DNA from: Alphaproteobacteria bacterium
GTDB lineage: Bacteria; Pseudomonadota; Alphaproteobacteria; CAAHEQ01; UBA3637
Length of the DNA: 43,862 bases
Direction: 5' to 3'
Assembly: GCA_045118155.1 (NCBI GenBank)
Contig: JBGUXS010000010.1
Coordinates: forward strand, 1 to 43,862
Below the pieces are notes generated by a model, which had not been told where the DNA came from, made no database searches, and saw only the letters and a list, made by a program, of their open reading frames with translations. Within the stretch, counting starts at the first letter, position 1; each line of letters opens with the position of its first letter. The position numbers and the translations under genes are program-made. Positions 1 through 9,448 of the stretch are shown piece by piece.

Positions 1-1431
1 TTGATGTGCTTCGGCGGTCCATAGTTCAACAAGTCCCCCAGCCACTTGCCGGAAGGGGGTGTGTAAAATATCTTCCTGGGGCAGGGCAACTCCTTGTCTA
101 GCTTCAGGTAAAGAAAAAACTCGGTTGACCAAATCCAAGACTGCCTGTGTGGAACGGAAAGAAACGGAAAATGGAATTTCTTCAAACCGAATATGGGCAT
201 CTTCAATTTTTTTCTTAAAGACTTCCTTAAAATGGCTAAAATCTTCGGCGTTGACCCCTTGGAAAGAATAAATAGATTGCTTTTTATCCCCAACAGCAAA
301 AAAAGTTCTGATGTGATCGGAACGTCCTTCACCGGCAAAAAATTCTTCCACAAGTAAAGAAATAATTCGCCATTGTGCGGGATTGGTATCTTGGGCTTCA
401 TCTAATAAAATATGCTCTAGACCATTATCTAGTTTATACAAAATCCACGAAGCCATGCTGGTTTCATTTAATAAATTTTGCGTGCATAAAATTAAATCAT
501 CATAGTCCATTAAACCTAAGTAATGCTTCTTTTGAGTATAGGCTTGTAAAATTTCATAAGCAACTGTTAGTAATAATTTTGTTTGATTGAAAACCTGAAA
601 ATTTTTAAGAAGTTTAGCTATGTTAAAAGCTTCTTCGGCCCGTGCTTCGGCATTAGGTTCTTTAGGCAGGCGCTTACGTATGGCCCCTTCTTTTGTAAGA
701 TATTTGTCGGATTCTTCTAGCCATTTATTCGGTTCACAAAATGTTGAAATTAATGTATCTTCAGATGGATATTTATCAATCTTTAAGTTTTTCTTTATCT
801 TTTTTAAGGCCTCTTCTACCTTATAATTTCGTTTTAACTCTAAAAGGTTGCTTCTAGATTGAATCAACATATTAAACAAGTCATACAATGATTCTTCATT
901 CGCTTTTAAAGCGAGTTTTCCAATAATATATTTGAATTTTGATTTTTGAAAAGTACTTAAAATAGCTTGGGTTAGAACGGTTTTCGCTTGTTGTTCATCC
1001 ATGACATCAAAGTTTGGTGAAATGTTGGCTTCCAAAGGAAAATGCTTTAAGATAAAAGCACAAAAACTATGAATGGTCATAATTTTAAGTCCCCCTGGAA
1101 CAGATAGAACTGCTGAAAATAGATTTTTGGCTTTTTCTAAAAGAGGAGGGGTAATTTGTATATCAGAAAGAGATTGAATTTCTTGTGTTAAAGCATCATT
1201 TTCTAACGTACTCCATTTCTTAAGCAATCCCCGAATCCGCAAAGCCATTTCGGCAGCCGCTGCCTTTGTAAAGGTTAAGCATAAAATCTTCCCAGGATCT
1301 GTCCCCGTTAGCAACAAGTTCACAAACCGATCTGTTAGGACTTTTGTTTTTCCAGACCCAGCGGAGGCATTAACCCAAATACATGTGGTAGGATGTGTCG
1401 CTTTCTTTTGAAGGGCGGTGATATCAATCAT
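1..1431 (-). CDS. addA: Double-strand break repair helicase AddA (UvrD-like). N-terminal ~477 codons only; the C-terminus lies beyond the window edge.
   Basis: Open minus-strand frame from ATG (1431-1429) to position 1. It is absent from the ORF track because it has no in-window stop. My translation is MIDITALQKKATHPTTCIWVNASAGSGKTKVLTDR..., with Walker A GSGKT and the UvrD-type motif LLDEAQDTNP (around 380-410). Its start overlaps the addB stop by 8 nt, giving the alphaproteobacterial addB-addA order. Confidence 0.85.
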   Translation of the reverse strand, partial: MIDITALQKKATHPTTCIWVNASAGSGKTKVLTDRFVNLLLTGTDPGKILCLTFTKAAAAEMALRIRGLLKKWSTLENDALTQEIQSLSDIQITPPLLEKAKNLFSAVLSVPGGLKIMTIHSFCAFILKHFPLEANISPNFDVMDEQQAKTVLTQAILSTFQKSKFKYIIGKLALKANEESLYDLFNMLIQSRSNLLELKRNYKVEEALKKIKKNLKIDKYPSEDTLISTFCEPNKWLEESDKYLTKEGAIRKRLPKEPNAEARAEEAFNIAKLLKNFQVFNQTKLLLTVAYEILQAYTQKKHYLGLMDYDDLILCTQNLLNETSMASWILYKLDNGLEHILLDEAQDTNPAQWRIISLLVEEFFAGEGRSDHIRTFFAVGDKKQSIYSFQGVNAEDFSHFKEVFKKKIEDAHIRFEEIPFSVSFRSTQAVLDLVNRVFSLPEARQGVALPQEDILHTPFRQVAGGLVELWTAEAHQ

Positions 1432-4162
1432 GGGCCTCTCCTTGATCTGTTTCCAAAGTATATTGCCATTCTTGAACACGTTCTAGAGGGGCTACGGGGC
1501 TAGGGGTGTTATCATCAAAGCCGTAGACCCCAAAGGGAATATTTTGGGTTAAGTATGCCGTAATTAAGTCAATAAATCCTTGTTGGGTAGTGCTTAATAA
1601 ATCTGATAAATCTTTATCTGCTGTTGCAATTGTATTAAGATTATTTCCCCCATCTTTTCCTTTCAGTTGCCAATAGCTTAGGGCTTTTACTGTCTGGACA
1701 GAAATATCAGAAAAGGCCCCAGCTTTTAACATCAATGCTTCCAATGGCAATTGTGGTTCTAAACCTAATTTGACAGAATTTTTATTAGGAACTTGTCCTG
1801 TTTTATAGTCAATAATTTCAATCCCATCTGTATAAACATCCAATCGGTCTGCAATACAAGTTAGTTCAAAATGTTCTTTATCCAAAGGAACCTGCCAAGA
1901 CCCGTATGTTTCTAAATAACTTTTTTTCAAAGTTGGCAGACTTTTTAATTCTTGCTCAATAAACCAAAAGGCCACACGGGCAAAACGGGGAAAATAAAAT
2001 TTTAGATCTATGGAAGAAAAACCGTTGCGTCTTAAAACATGATATCCCATTCTTAATAAACGCCATAAGCTAGGGGGATGCTTGTCTTTAAGATATTGTT
2101 CTAAAACCTCATGAACAGTTGTGCCATAAATTTGATTTTTAGAAAGATTCTCAAGTTCTGGCAATTCCTTTAATTTTAATACTTTTTGAACATAAATGAC
2201 ATAAGGATTTCGCATTAAATAACGAATTTGAGTAACTGATAATTTGTGGGGTTTTAAATTATCTTTTAAATAAGGCATAGGCCGTGGGCAAGGGGTAATT
2301 TTTGAAGGGGTTAATAATTTTCGGGTAAGATGGGGTACTTGTGGGGACAAAACATCTTCCAAAAGTGAAAAATAACGACTGGAAAGCATGGGGGTTCCTC
2401 CAGCTTTCATACTGCGGGTTAAAAAAACCTCTTTTTTACACAGAAAGGAAAGGAAATCACGTGTTTCAATCGTATTTTGTTCTTCGGGTTGGGGTAACCC
2501 CAGTTGAGAGCGCATTGCCCGATTTAACCATACACCTGTTTCGGCCCGACTTGGCCAACTACCTTCGTTCAGACCAGCTAGGATAAAAGTATCGGCTTGG
2601 ACAAATCTTGCTTCAATGGGACCAAGAATATCTAAACGGGGATGCAGAGCTTTGGAATTTCTAAAAGTTATTTCTTGAAGTAAAATTTTAAAAATTTCTG
2701 GATAAAATGCTGGTTCTATTTCTCCAAAAATATCGGCATGTTCGTAAATATCTTGAACGCTTTGATAAAGCATTTGTCCAGCATCTGTTCCCCAAAGGTT
2801 TTCGGTTCCCGTTGCGTCGGCACTACGCGCTAATTCAAGTGCCGTTTGAATATGCAGGGCAAACATTTGTTTAAAAGAAACTTTTTCTTGAGTATAAAGA
2901 TTTAAAAAGGGACTTAAATCTGTTTTTAGACCATAAATCAGCTTTTTTTGATTTTCACGAGCTGTTTTTTCGGCTATCATAATTTCTTGAAGGACTTCAT
3001 CGTGTCCCCGGCCATCAGCGACAAATGGGTTTTTTAATAGGGATACAAGGGTCTTGTGATCCGATGGATCTGTCGCATAATCAGCTAGCAACATTAAATA
3101 AATCCCTAAAGTTGTTTTGGTAAAAGGAATGCCCGCTGAATCATCTAAAATAACTTGAAAACGTTTCATATGACTGATGACTCGGCGACTGAGCATCCGA
3201 TCATTGGTAACCAATACTGCCCGTTTATTTGGGGTTTCTAAAACTTTTCTTAGAATTAAGGCACAAGACAGAGCTTCTTCCTCGGGATTCTGGGCTTGGA
3301 TATAGGAAATATGTTGACAAGGAACAGAATCCGTTTTTTCTTGTGCCAATTTTTTAGAAAGAAATTGTTCGATGGCCGATGGGGAAAAATTACTCTGTAC
3401 CTCTTTGGGATTTAGATTTAAATAACTAAAAAGATTTGAAAAAATTGATTGATGATGTTCGGTGGGCAGAGCTTTTAAATCATTTAAAGACAAGGTTGTA
3501 TCTACGCCTTGCAGAAAAATGTGGCCTTTGGGAGCATGGTGGATTGCTTGGCACAGGTGAGCCACAGCGGGTAGGGTGTGGTCAAATCCAGCAATAATTA
3601 ACAGGTTTTGAGGGGGATCTTTTTCCCATAAGGCAGCCCTGGCATGCAATTGTTTGATTTCATAATCTTTTTGATCTAAAAAATTGTTTTCTTTTAAAAT
3701 CGCTGGCCACGATGTTTTTATAATATCCAAAAAACGTAATGTTTCGTTCCAATGTTCGGCAAAATTTTGATCTACAAGATCGGACAAATGGGAAAAATCA
3801 ACTTCGTACTGATAGATTTCATCTAGAAGATGACTTAAAGAAAGGGCAATTTTTAAAGCTCTATCTGGGTTTTTAACCAAAGCCCTAGCCATTCGGCTTA
3901 AAGAAAATAAACGATTATAGGGGGGAATAGGTTTGACCGATCCTAAAAAGTTCATATCTGCCGTCAAAGAAATAATTCTGGGTAAAACAGTGGCTTTACC
4001 CTGTATGGAAAAAAAGGTTTCTTTTAGTTGCTGACACGCCCGATGGGTTGGTAAAATAACGGTTGTTTTCATTAATTCTTCAATATCCCCGCCTGTTTCT
4101 TTAAAGATAAAAGGAACCAGAACCTCTAACAAAGAACGGGAAAAGGGGATGGTATGAATCAT
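1424..4162 (-). CDS. addB: Double-strand break repair protein AddB (alphaproteobacterial type, C-terminal PD-(D/E)XK nuclease)
   Basis: 912-aa ORF. The C-terminal nuclease-like motif is IADRLDVYTDGIEIIDYKTG. It is translationally coupled to tsaE upstream (4-nt overlap) and addA downstream. Confidence 0.8.
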   Translation of the reverse strand: MIHTIPFSRSLLEVLVPFIFKETGGDIEELMKTTVILPTHRACQQLKETFFSIQGKATVLPRIISLTADMNFLGSVKPIPPYNRLFSLSRMARALVKNPDRALKIALSLSHLLDEIYQYEVDFSHLSDLVDQNFAEHWNETLRFLDIIKTSWPAILKENNFLDQKDYEIKQLHARAALWEKDPPQNLLIIAGFDHTLPAVAHLCQAIHHAPKGHIFLQGVDTTLSLNDLKALPTEHHQSIFSNLFSYLNLNPKEVQSNFSPSAIEQFLSKKLAQEKTDSVPCQHISYIQAQNPEEEALSCALILRKVLETPNKRAVLVTNDRMLSRRVISHMKRFQVILDDSAGIPFTKTTLGIYLMLLADYATDPSDHKTLVSLLKNPFVADGRGHDEVLQEIMIAEKTARENQKKLIYGLKTDLSPFLNLYTQEKVSFKQMFALHIQTALELARSADATGTENLWGTDAGQMLYQSVQDIYEHADIFGEIEPAFYPEIFKILLQEITFRNSKALHPRLDILGPIEARFVQADTFILAGLNEGSWPSRAETGVWLNRAMRSQLGLPQPEEQNTIETRDFLSFLCKKEVFLTRSMKAGGTPMLSSRYFSLLEDVLSPQVPHLTRKLLTPSKITPCPRPMPYLKDNLKPHKLSVTQIRYLMRNPYVIYVQKVLKLKELPELENLSKNQIYGTTVHEVLEQYLKDKHPPSLWRLLRMGYHVLRRNGFSSIDLKFYFPRFARVAFWFIEQELKSLPTLKKSYLETYGSWQVPLDKEHFELTCIADRLDVYTDGIEIIDYKTGQVPNKNSVKLGLEPQLPLEALMLKAGAFSDISVQTVKALSYWQLKGKDGGNNLNTIATADKDLSDLLSTTQQGFIDLITAYLTQNIPFGVYGFDDNTPSPVAPLERVQEWQYTLETDQGEAHD

Positions 4163-4593
4163 TGAACGCCTTCTATGGTAACTAGACGTTCTGTCCCTAA
4201 CACCTCAAATGTAATTTTAATATGTTTTTTAGGAAGGTATTTCCCAATTTTTTCGGGCCATTCCAAAAAACTAATCCCAGAAGAAAACGCCTCATCAATA
4301 TTAAGTTCTAAAGCTTCTTCTGGGGATTTTAAACGATAAAAATCATAGTGATAAATATCCCCTTGATCTGTGGAATAGGTTTGAAGAAGGGTAAAGGTGG
4401 GACTCGGCACTTCTTCCTCAGTAAGGGCTTGAATAAATCCCCGAACAAAAGTGGTCTTACCTGCCCCTAATGTGCCATAAAGGGCTATAACTTGTGGGGC
4501 TTTCAGGTAAGAGGCTAATTTAGCCCCCAAAGTCTTCATTTCCTGTTCAGTCTTAACAGGAAATGAAGACTTTATAAGGGGACGATTAATCAT
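4159..4593 (-). CDS. tsaE: tRNA t6A37 threonylcarbamoyl-transfer ATPase TsaE (YjeE)
   Basis: P-loop GTLGAGKTTFVRG and the HYDFYRL motif. I prefer the start at MINRPLIK (4593), which overlaps the secB stop by 8 nt. The longer track ORF (to 4665) would run into secB. Confidence 0.85.
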   Translation of the reverse strand: MINRPLIKSSFPVKTEQEMKTLGAKLASYLKAPQVIALYGTLGAGKTTFVRGFIQALTEEEVPSPTFTLLQTYSTDQGDIYHYDFYRLKSPEEALELNIDEAFSSGISFLEWPEKIGKYLPKKHIKITFEVLGTERLVTIEGVQ

Positions 4594-5050
4594 CTGTTTT
4601 TCTTCCCTTTTCTTGTTGCGCTTCGGCTTTTTGGCGATAAAGTGAAGCAAAATCCACGGGGGCAATTTGTAAAGCAGGGAATCCAGCTTCCCGTGTCATG
4701 TTAGCTACTAATGCCCGTGCAAACGGGAAAAGTAAGTGGGGAACTTCAATTAAAAGAATGGGTTGCTGCATATCATCTGGGACATGAATTTCCACCACTG
4801 CTGCATAAGCTAATTCACACAAAAAGACGGTCTTTTTATCATCCGCATTAATTGCATGTGCTTTCATGTTTAAAATAACTTCAAAGACATTATCGTCTTT
4901 TGTTTTATGGGCAGCCACCCCAATATTTACATCAATTTTTGGGGGCTGAGTTAAGTTTTCTAAAATTTGGGGTAGGTTAGGGGCCTCAAATGATAAATCT
5001 TTGACATATTGTGCTTTAAATTGGATACCGACATCTTGTTGTTCTGTCAT
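4586..5050 (-). CDS. secB: Protein-export chaperone SecB
   Basis: 154-aa acidic protein. The stretch QYVKDLSFEAPN...LLFPFARALVANMTREAGFP is typical of SecB. Confidence 0.9.
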   Translation of the reverse strand: MTEQQDVGIQFKAQYVKDLSFEAPNLPQILENLTQPPKIDVNIGVAAHKTKDDNVFEVILNMKAHAINADDKKTVFLCELAYAAVVEIHVPDDMQQPILLIEVPHLLFPFARALVANMTREAGFPALQIAPVDFASLYRQKAEAQQEKGRKTDD

Positions 5051-5148
5051 AAAAAAATCCTCTTGTTAAAATTAAAAAATGAACTATACTTCAAAACACC
5101 AAACACACTAGTACATTTTTTTTAGAAAGTAAAGAAAAAAGGATTGAA

Positions 5149-5715
5149 ATGTTATACTTATGGGTTCTTCTTGGGTTAGGATGGATTTTGTTTTGGCGCT
5201 GTGGGGGGATAAATTCAAAAGATGGTTTGAGAAAAAAAGGTCCTCAGGCGGTGGAGTTTGTCTTAGACCAGAAAGGAAAAATTATTAAAATGCGTCTTTG
5301 CCCCGAGGCAGAAGCACAGGTCAATAAAAGTCAAGCCCTGCTAGATGAAGCTAAAGGGATGTTTGAACGCATTATGAAGGCGTTTAGTGCTGGGGAAGTG
5401 GCACAACTTGAATCTTTGGTATCTCCTGAATTGTGGCGGATTCTAAAGGCAGATATTGAAAATCGTAACATTCAAAAACAAACGTTAGAATTTAGTTTAT
5501 TAAACTTCCTTTCTGTTTCTTTATTGGCGTGTACAGCCCAAAAAATGACTGTTATGTTTATTTCTGAACAATACAATGTCTTAAAAGATGAACAGCAAAA
5601 AATTTTGGAGGGGGCAAATAATCAAGTGACCCGCATGAAAGATGTATGGACTTTTCAAAAAGAAGGAAAAAAATGGCGTCTGATGACGGCTGAAAGTGAG
5701 CCCGTAAATGTTTAA
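5149..5715 (+). CDS. Tim44-like domain membrane protein
   Basis: N-terminal TM segment, then a C-terminal segment (FSAGEVAQLESLVSPELW...DVWTFQKEGKKWRL) that resembles the Tim44 C-terminal domain. Its position between secB and mltA matches conserved alphaproteobacterial synteny. Confidence 0.65.
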   Translation: MLYLWVLLGLGWILFWRCGGINSKDGLRKKGPQAVEFVLDQKGKIIKMRLCPEAEAQVNKSQALLDEAKGMFERIMKAFSAGEVAQLESLVSPELWRILKADIENRNIQKQTLEFSLLNFLSVSLLACTAQKMTVMFISEQYNVLKDEQQKILEGANNQVTRMKDVWTFQKEGKKWRLMTAESEPVNV

Positions 5716-6688
5716 ACAAATTCTTATGGCTTTGTGTTTATCTGGGTGTGTATCTCATGATGTTTCCTATAAACAGGTATCTTTTAGAGATATTCCAGGA
5801 TGGACAGAAGATTCTATGTTAGAGGCCGTCCCCGCTTTAAAACGATCTTGCCAAAAAACACCAGGGACAAAAATGTGTCAAGGATTGCTTTTTAGAACCT
5901 TTGAAACGGATGAAGATGTACGGGAGTTTGTTGAAGAATATTTTACCCCACGCCTTGTAGCATCATCTTCGGGGACAACGGGGTTAATTACGGGATATTA
6001 CGAAGCATCTTTAACTGGGACACGTTCTCAAACTTCTCCTACCCAAGTGCCTATCTATGGGTGGCCTGAAAATTCCTCTTTCCAAACAAAAACGCGGGAA
6101 GAAATTGAACAAGGACCTTTTTTAGCTCCGATTATCGCGTGGGCAGATGATCCCGTGGATTTGTTTATTTTACATATTCAAGGATCTGGCCGCTTGATGA
6201 CCCCAACAGGTGAGGAAATTCGCTTAGGTTACGCCGGTAATAATGGTTGGGATTTTAAGGGGATTGGTTCCATTTTAAAAGAAGAGGGGTTAATGGCACC
6301 AGGTATGGGATCTATGCCGGCGATGCGGGCATGGTTGCAAGCACATCCTAAAAAAGCAAAAGAACTGATGCAAAAAAATCCCCGTTATATTTTCTTTAAG
6401 GAAATTTATGGAGAATCCCCAATTGGGGCGGCTGGGGTTGTGTTAACGCCGGAAAGAACATTGGCTGTGGATACGAGTTATACCCCCTTAAATACACCAT
6501 TGTTTTTGGTGACGACTGATCCCGATGGAAGGCCTATTCGGCGTTTGATGGTAACGGCTGACACAGGGGCAGATATTAAAGGGGCTATTCGTGGGGATTA
6601 TTTTTGGGGGCATGGGGAAAAAGCGTTTTCCAAAGCCGGTCGGATGAAAAATCAAGGGAGTTTCTTTGTTTTATGGCCCAAAAAGTAA
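5708..6688 (+). CDS. mltA: Membrane-bound lytic murein transglycosylase A (lipoprotein)
   Basis: Lipobox LSGC at the N-terminus. MltA/3D-domain motifs are present: DLFILHIQGSGRL, LAVDTSYTPLNTPLFL, ADTGADIKG. Confidence 0.85.
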   Translation: MFKQILMALCLSGCVSHDVSYKQVSFRDIPGWTEDSMLEAVPALKRSCQKTPGTKMCQGLLFRTFETDEDVREFVEEYFTPRLVASSSGTTGLITGYYEASLTGTRSQTSPTQVPIYGWPENSSFQTKTREEIEQGPFLAPIIAWADDPVDLFILHIQGSGRLMTPTGEEIRLGYAGNNGWDFKGIGSILKEEGLMAPGMGSMPAMRAWLQAHPKKAKELMQKNPRYIFFKEIYGESPIGAAGVVLTPERTLAVDTSYTPLNTPLFLVTTDPDGRPIRRLMVTADTGADIKGAIRGDYFWGHGEKAFSKAGRMKNQGSFFVLWPKK

Positions 6689-7101
6689 CGGATTTATATT
6701 TATGGAAGGCCTTAGCCGAAACGGTGACTCCTTTGAGTGAAGCCGAAAAACAAGTTTCAAGTGTTATGAAAAAGTCTTTGAAAAGCTATAAAGTTTCTGC
6801 AAAAGTTGTTCGATGTAGGGCGATTTCCAGCGTTTTGGATTTACATGGTTTTACGGTTCAAGAAGCTTTTGAAGCATTGGAGGGGTTCTTGAACCATCAC
6901 AGCCAAATAAAAACAGCTAAAGTAGAAGTTATTACAGGGAAAGGGCGGTCATCACAGGGGCTTATTAAGTCAGAAATTTTTAAATGGTTAGATAATCCTA
7001 AAATTGGGCAATATATCAAGGAAATGACTTTAAGCCCAGATGGGGGAGCCGTTTTTATCACATTAAAAAAACGCTTGCATCCTGAAAAAAAGGAGGTATA
7101 A
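6673..7101 (+). CDS. Smr (MutS2-like small) domain protein
   Basis: LDLHGFTVQEAFEALEGFL...VITGKG is the Smr signature. I prefer the start at MAQKV (6673, overlapping the mltA end). The track ORF begins at 6604 inside mltA. Confidence 0.75.
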   Translation: MAQKVTDLYLWKALAETVTPLSEAEKQVSSVMKKSLKSYKVSAKVVRCRAISSVLDLHGFTVQEAFEALEGFLNHHSQIKTAKVEVITGKGRSSQGLIKSEIFKWLDNPKIGQYIKEMTLSPDGGAVFITLKKRLHPEKKEV

Positions 7102-7196
7102 TACCCCTATGATTAGAAAGGATTTTAACAGCAACCGAATGATGATGTGCTTTGTTAAACAAGCGCCTTAAGGTCCTGTTGTCTTTTTTCAAACAT

Positions 7197-7222
7197 AGGC
7201 TCCCTTAAGGGGGCCTTTTTTG
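7197..7222 (+). terminator. Rho-independent terminator-like hairpin
   Basis: aggctccc-ttaa-gggggcct stem-loop followed by a T6 run. Confidence 0.5.
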
Positions 7223-7247
7223 TTAACTAAAACTGAAAGGATAAAAA

Positions 7248-7745
7248 ATGACAGAAGAAATCAAAGGTATTGATTGTAATCCCCATTTAAAAACACAAAA
7301 AGTCTTACCTACAGAAAAACTGACCACAAAAAGGGGAATTCAGATACAAGAAAATGAAACAACAGTTTATTTTAAATCATCCGAAGGCAAAGAGTTAGGG
7401 ACTTGGAAAAAAACAGCTATTTTTGATTTAACAGCCCTAACGAACACCACGATTTTGGATACATTCCAATTGGCTGAAGGGGTTACGCAAGAACAACGTT
7501 TTGATATTATTGAAACACTTGCTGAACATAAGACAAGAATCGCTATTGGGCGTATTAATGACTTTCTGCAATTAAAGGGGGATAATAGACTTTCACAGGA
7601 AGGGGGAAACCTTTATCAGATCGGGGCAGAATTGGTTTTAGGAAGTCCTAAAAGTCAATATTTGGTTTTGCGCAAAAACCCAAATGCTCCAAAAATCGTA
7701 AGTCATCATGAAAGTGGACGAACAAGCCAACGTGAAGTAGATTAA
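7248..7745 (+). CDS. Hypothetical protein (165 aa), no recognisable family
   Basis: Clean ORF with AAAGGA-type RBS spacing. No signal peptide or motif that I recognise. Confidence 0.5.
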   Translation: MTEEIKGIDCNPHLKTQKVLPTEKLTTKRGIQIQENETTVYFKSSEGKELGTWKKTAIFDLTALTNTTILDTFQLAEGVTQEQRFDIIETLAEHKTRIAIGRINDFLQLKGDNRLSQEGGNLYQIGAELVLGSPKSQYLVLRKNPNAPKIVSHHESGRTSQREVD

Positions 7746-7818
7746 GCCTCTAAAGTTTTTATTGACAGAGGGAAAAAGCTATTTTAAACTTTTCTTGAAA
7801 AAGGGGAAGGAGTTTTAA

Positions 7819-8469
7819 ATGGCTATGTCACTTTTTGGACGTACAAAAGTACTGGAAAGCCAGATACATGATTTTTTTATAAACCTAGTCCAAGCAGGGG
7901 ATGTGTTTAAGCAGGCTTTTGGTTTTTACTTATCTAAAGGGGCAACTCCTGATTTTACAGGAACCGTTACGACCATGAGTTTATTAGAAAGTAAGAACGA
8001 TTTGTTGCGTCGGGAAATGGAGCAAACCGTTTATGGAAAACTGATCTTGCCAGATATGCAATCTGATATCTTGAAATTGTTGGAAGGAATGGACGAAATC
8101 CTTAACCAATATGAAAAAGAACTTTTAGATATAAGTACTGAAAAACCCTTTATTTACAAAATATTAAAAGATGATATTATGTCTATAGTTGAACTTGATA
8201 TCTCTTGTGTACAAGCCCTTGTAGAAGCCGGACAATCTTTTTTTATGTGTGCTGAATTTACGGAAAAAGTAAAAACTGTGCGGTCTTTAGAACATCAAAT
8301 TGATTTAATCGCTTTGCGTTTGAAGAAAAAACTTTTTGATACTAAACAGATTTCTTTGGATAAAAAGATGCAACTTAAAAACATGATTGAAGAGATAGAA
8401 AAAATATCTGATTTGGCTGAAGATGTTTCTGACAACCTAACCATTATGGCTATTAAACATAGGATATAA
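7819..8469 (+). CDS. DUF47/PhoU-like Pit accessory protein
   Basis: 216-aa helical protein immediately upstream of a PiT gene (2-nt gap), matching the B. subtilis ykaA-pit type arrangement. Confidence 0.7.
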   Translation: MAMSLFGRTKVLESQIHDFFINLVQAGDVFKQAFGFYLSKGATPDFTGTVTTMSLLESKNDLLRREMEQTVYGKLILPDMQSDILKLLEGMDEILNQYEKELLDISTEKPFIYKILKDDIMSIVELDISCVQALVEAGQSFFMCAEFTEKVKTVRSLEHQIDLIALRLKKKLFDTKQISLDKKMQLKNMIEEIEKISDLAEDVSDNLTIMAIKHRI

Positions 8470-8470
8470 C

Positions 8471-9448
8471 ATGTTTTATCTTTTAGGGGCGTTGTTTTTA
8501 GGGTTTAACTTGGGCAGAAATAACCTAAGCAATGCTTTTGGGACAGCAATTGCGTCACGAATGCTATCAAAAAAAACAGCGGCAGGAATAGGGGCTATTT
8601 GTGTGGCCTTAGGGGTTATTTTTAACAGTGCCACAACCACCACAACAGTGGCATCTTTGGGGGAAATTCAATTTCCTTTTGAAGCTTTTATGATCTGTGT
8701 ATCGGCGGCTTTGACTATGATAGGATTGACCCATTATGGTATTCCAGTTTCTTTGTCTCAATTAACGATTGGGGGCTTTTGTGGGCTATTGCTTTTTTAT
8801 GGACGGGGTATAAATCAAGATGTTTTTAAAGAAGTTGTGAAGGCTTGGGGACTTTCCCCCTTGATTTCTTTAGGAATGTCCTTTTTGGTATTTTTTATTC
8901 TAAAAGGATGTTTAAAATGGGGGCATATTCGTTTACTTTATCGAAACGTGATCGCTAGATGGGGGTTGATGGTTGTTGGGGGGATTTCTTGCTATGCCCT
9001 TGGTTCTAATAATGTTTCCAGTATTTTGGGGCTATATGCTGGGGTTATGCCTGTTTCATCGGGACTTATCTTAGGATTGATTATTTTAGTCTTAAGCTTG
9101 GGCTTTTTTTCGTGTAGTATGCAAGTCATCAAAACCGTTGGGAAACGCTTGTTTCCTCTCACGCCTTTGGAAGCATTTGTTGTAGTTGTTTCATCTTCTT
9201 CAACCCTTTTGTTATTTTCTTCAAAAATACTTTTGTGGAAGGGGCAAACTGTATTACCTGTAGCACCTCTTCCTACAGCTATGGTATTGATTGGGGCCGT
9301 TTTAGGGGTTTCTTTATTAAATGGGATTCGGGGAATTCATTATAAAGTCTTGGCAAAAATTCTATTTTCGTTTATAATGGCTCCGTTTTTATCAGGAATG
9401 GTTTGTTATACGATGTTAAGTATGATACAAAGATGGGTTCAAGGATGA
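8471..9448 (+). CDS. PiT-family inorganic ion (phosphate-type) transporter, atypical signature motifs
   Basis: 325-aa polytopic protein. It carries two PiT-signature-like motifs, GRNNLSNAFG (8513-8542) and GSNNVSS (9002-9022), and is paired with the DUF47 gene. Confidence 0.75.
   Translation: MFYLLGALFLGFNLGRNNLSNAFGTAIASRMLSKKTAAGIGAICVALGVIFNSATTTTTVASLGEIQFPFEAFMICVSAALTMIGLTHYGIPVSLSQLTIGGFCGLLLFYGRGINQDVFKEVVKAWGLSPLISLGMSFLVFFILKGCLKWGHIRLLYRNVIARWGLMVVGGISCYALGSNNVSSILGLYAGVMPVSSGLILGLIILVLSLGFFSCSMQVIKTVGKRLFPLTPLEAFVVVVSSSSTLLLFSSKILLWKGQTVLPVAPLPTAMVLIGAVLGVSLLNGIRGIHYKVLAKILFSFIMAPFLSGMVCYTMLSMIQRWVQG

Noticed and set aside
59-826. Plus-strand ORFs 59-271, 375-590 and 620-826
   Set aside because: They are antisense to the clearly coding addA frame (Walker A and UvrD motifs on the minus strand).
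7109-7165. 18-codon ORF (MIRKDFNSNRMMMCFVKQAP) in the smr-7248 spacer
   Set aside because: It has no RBS and is very short. The spacer is better explained as 3' UTR plus terminator hairpins.
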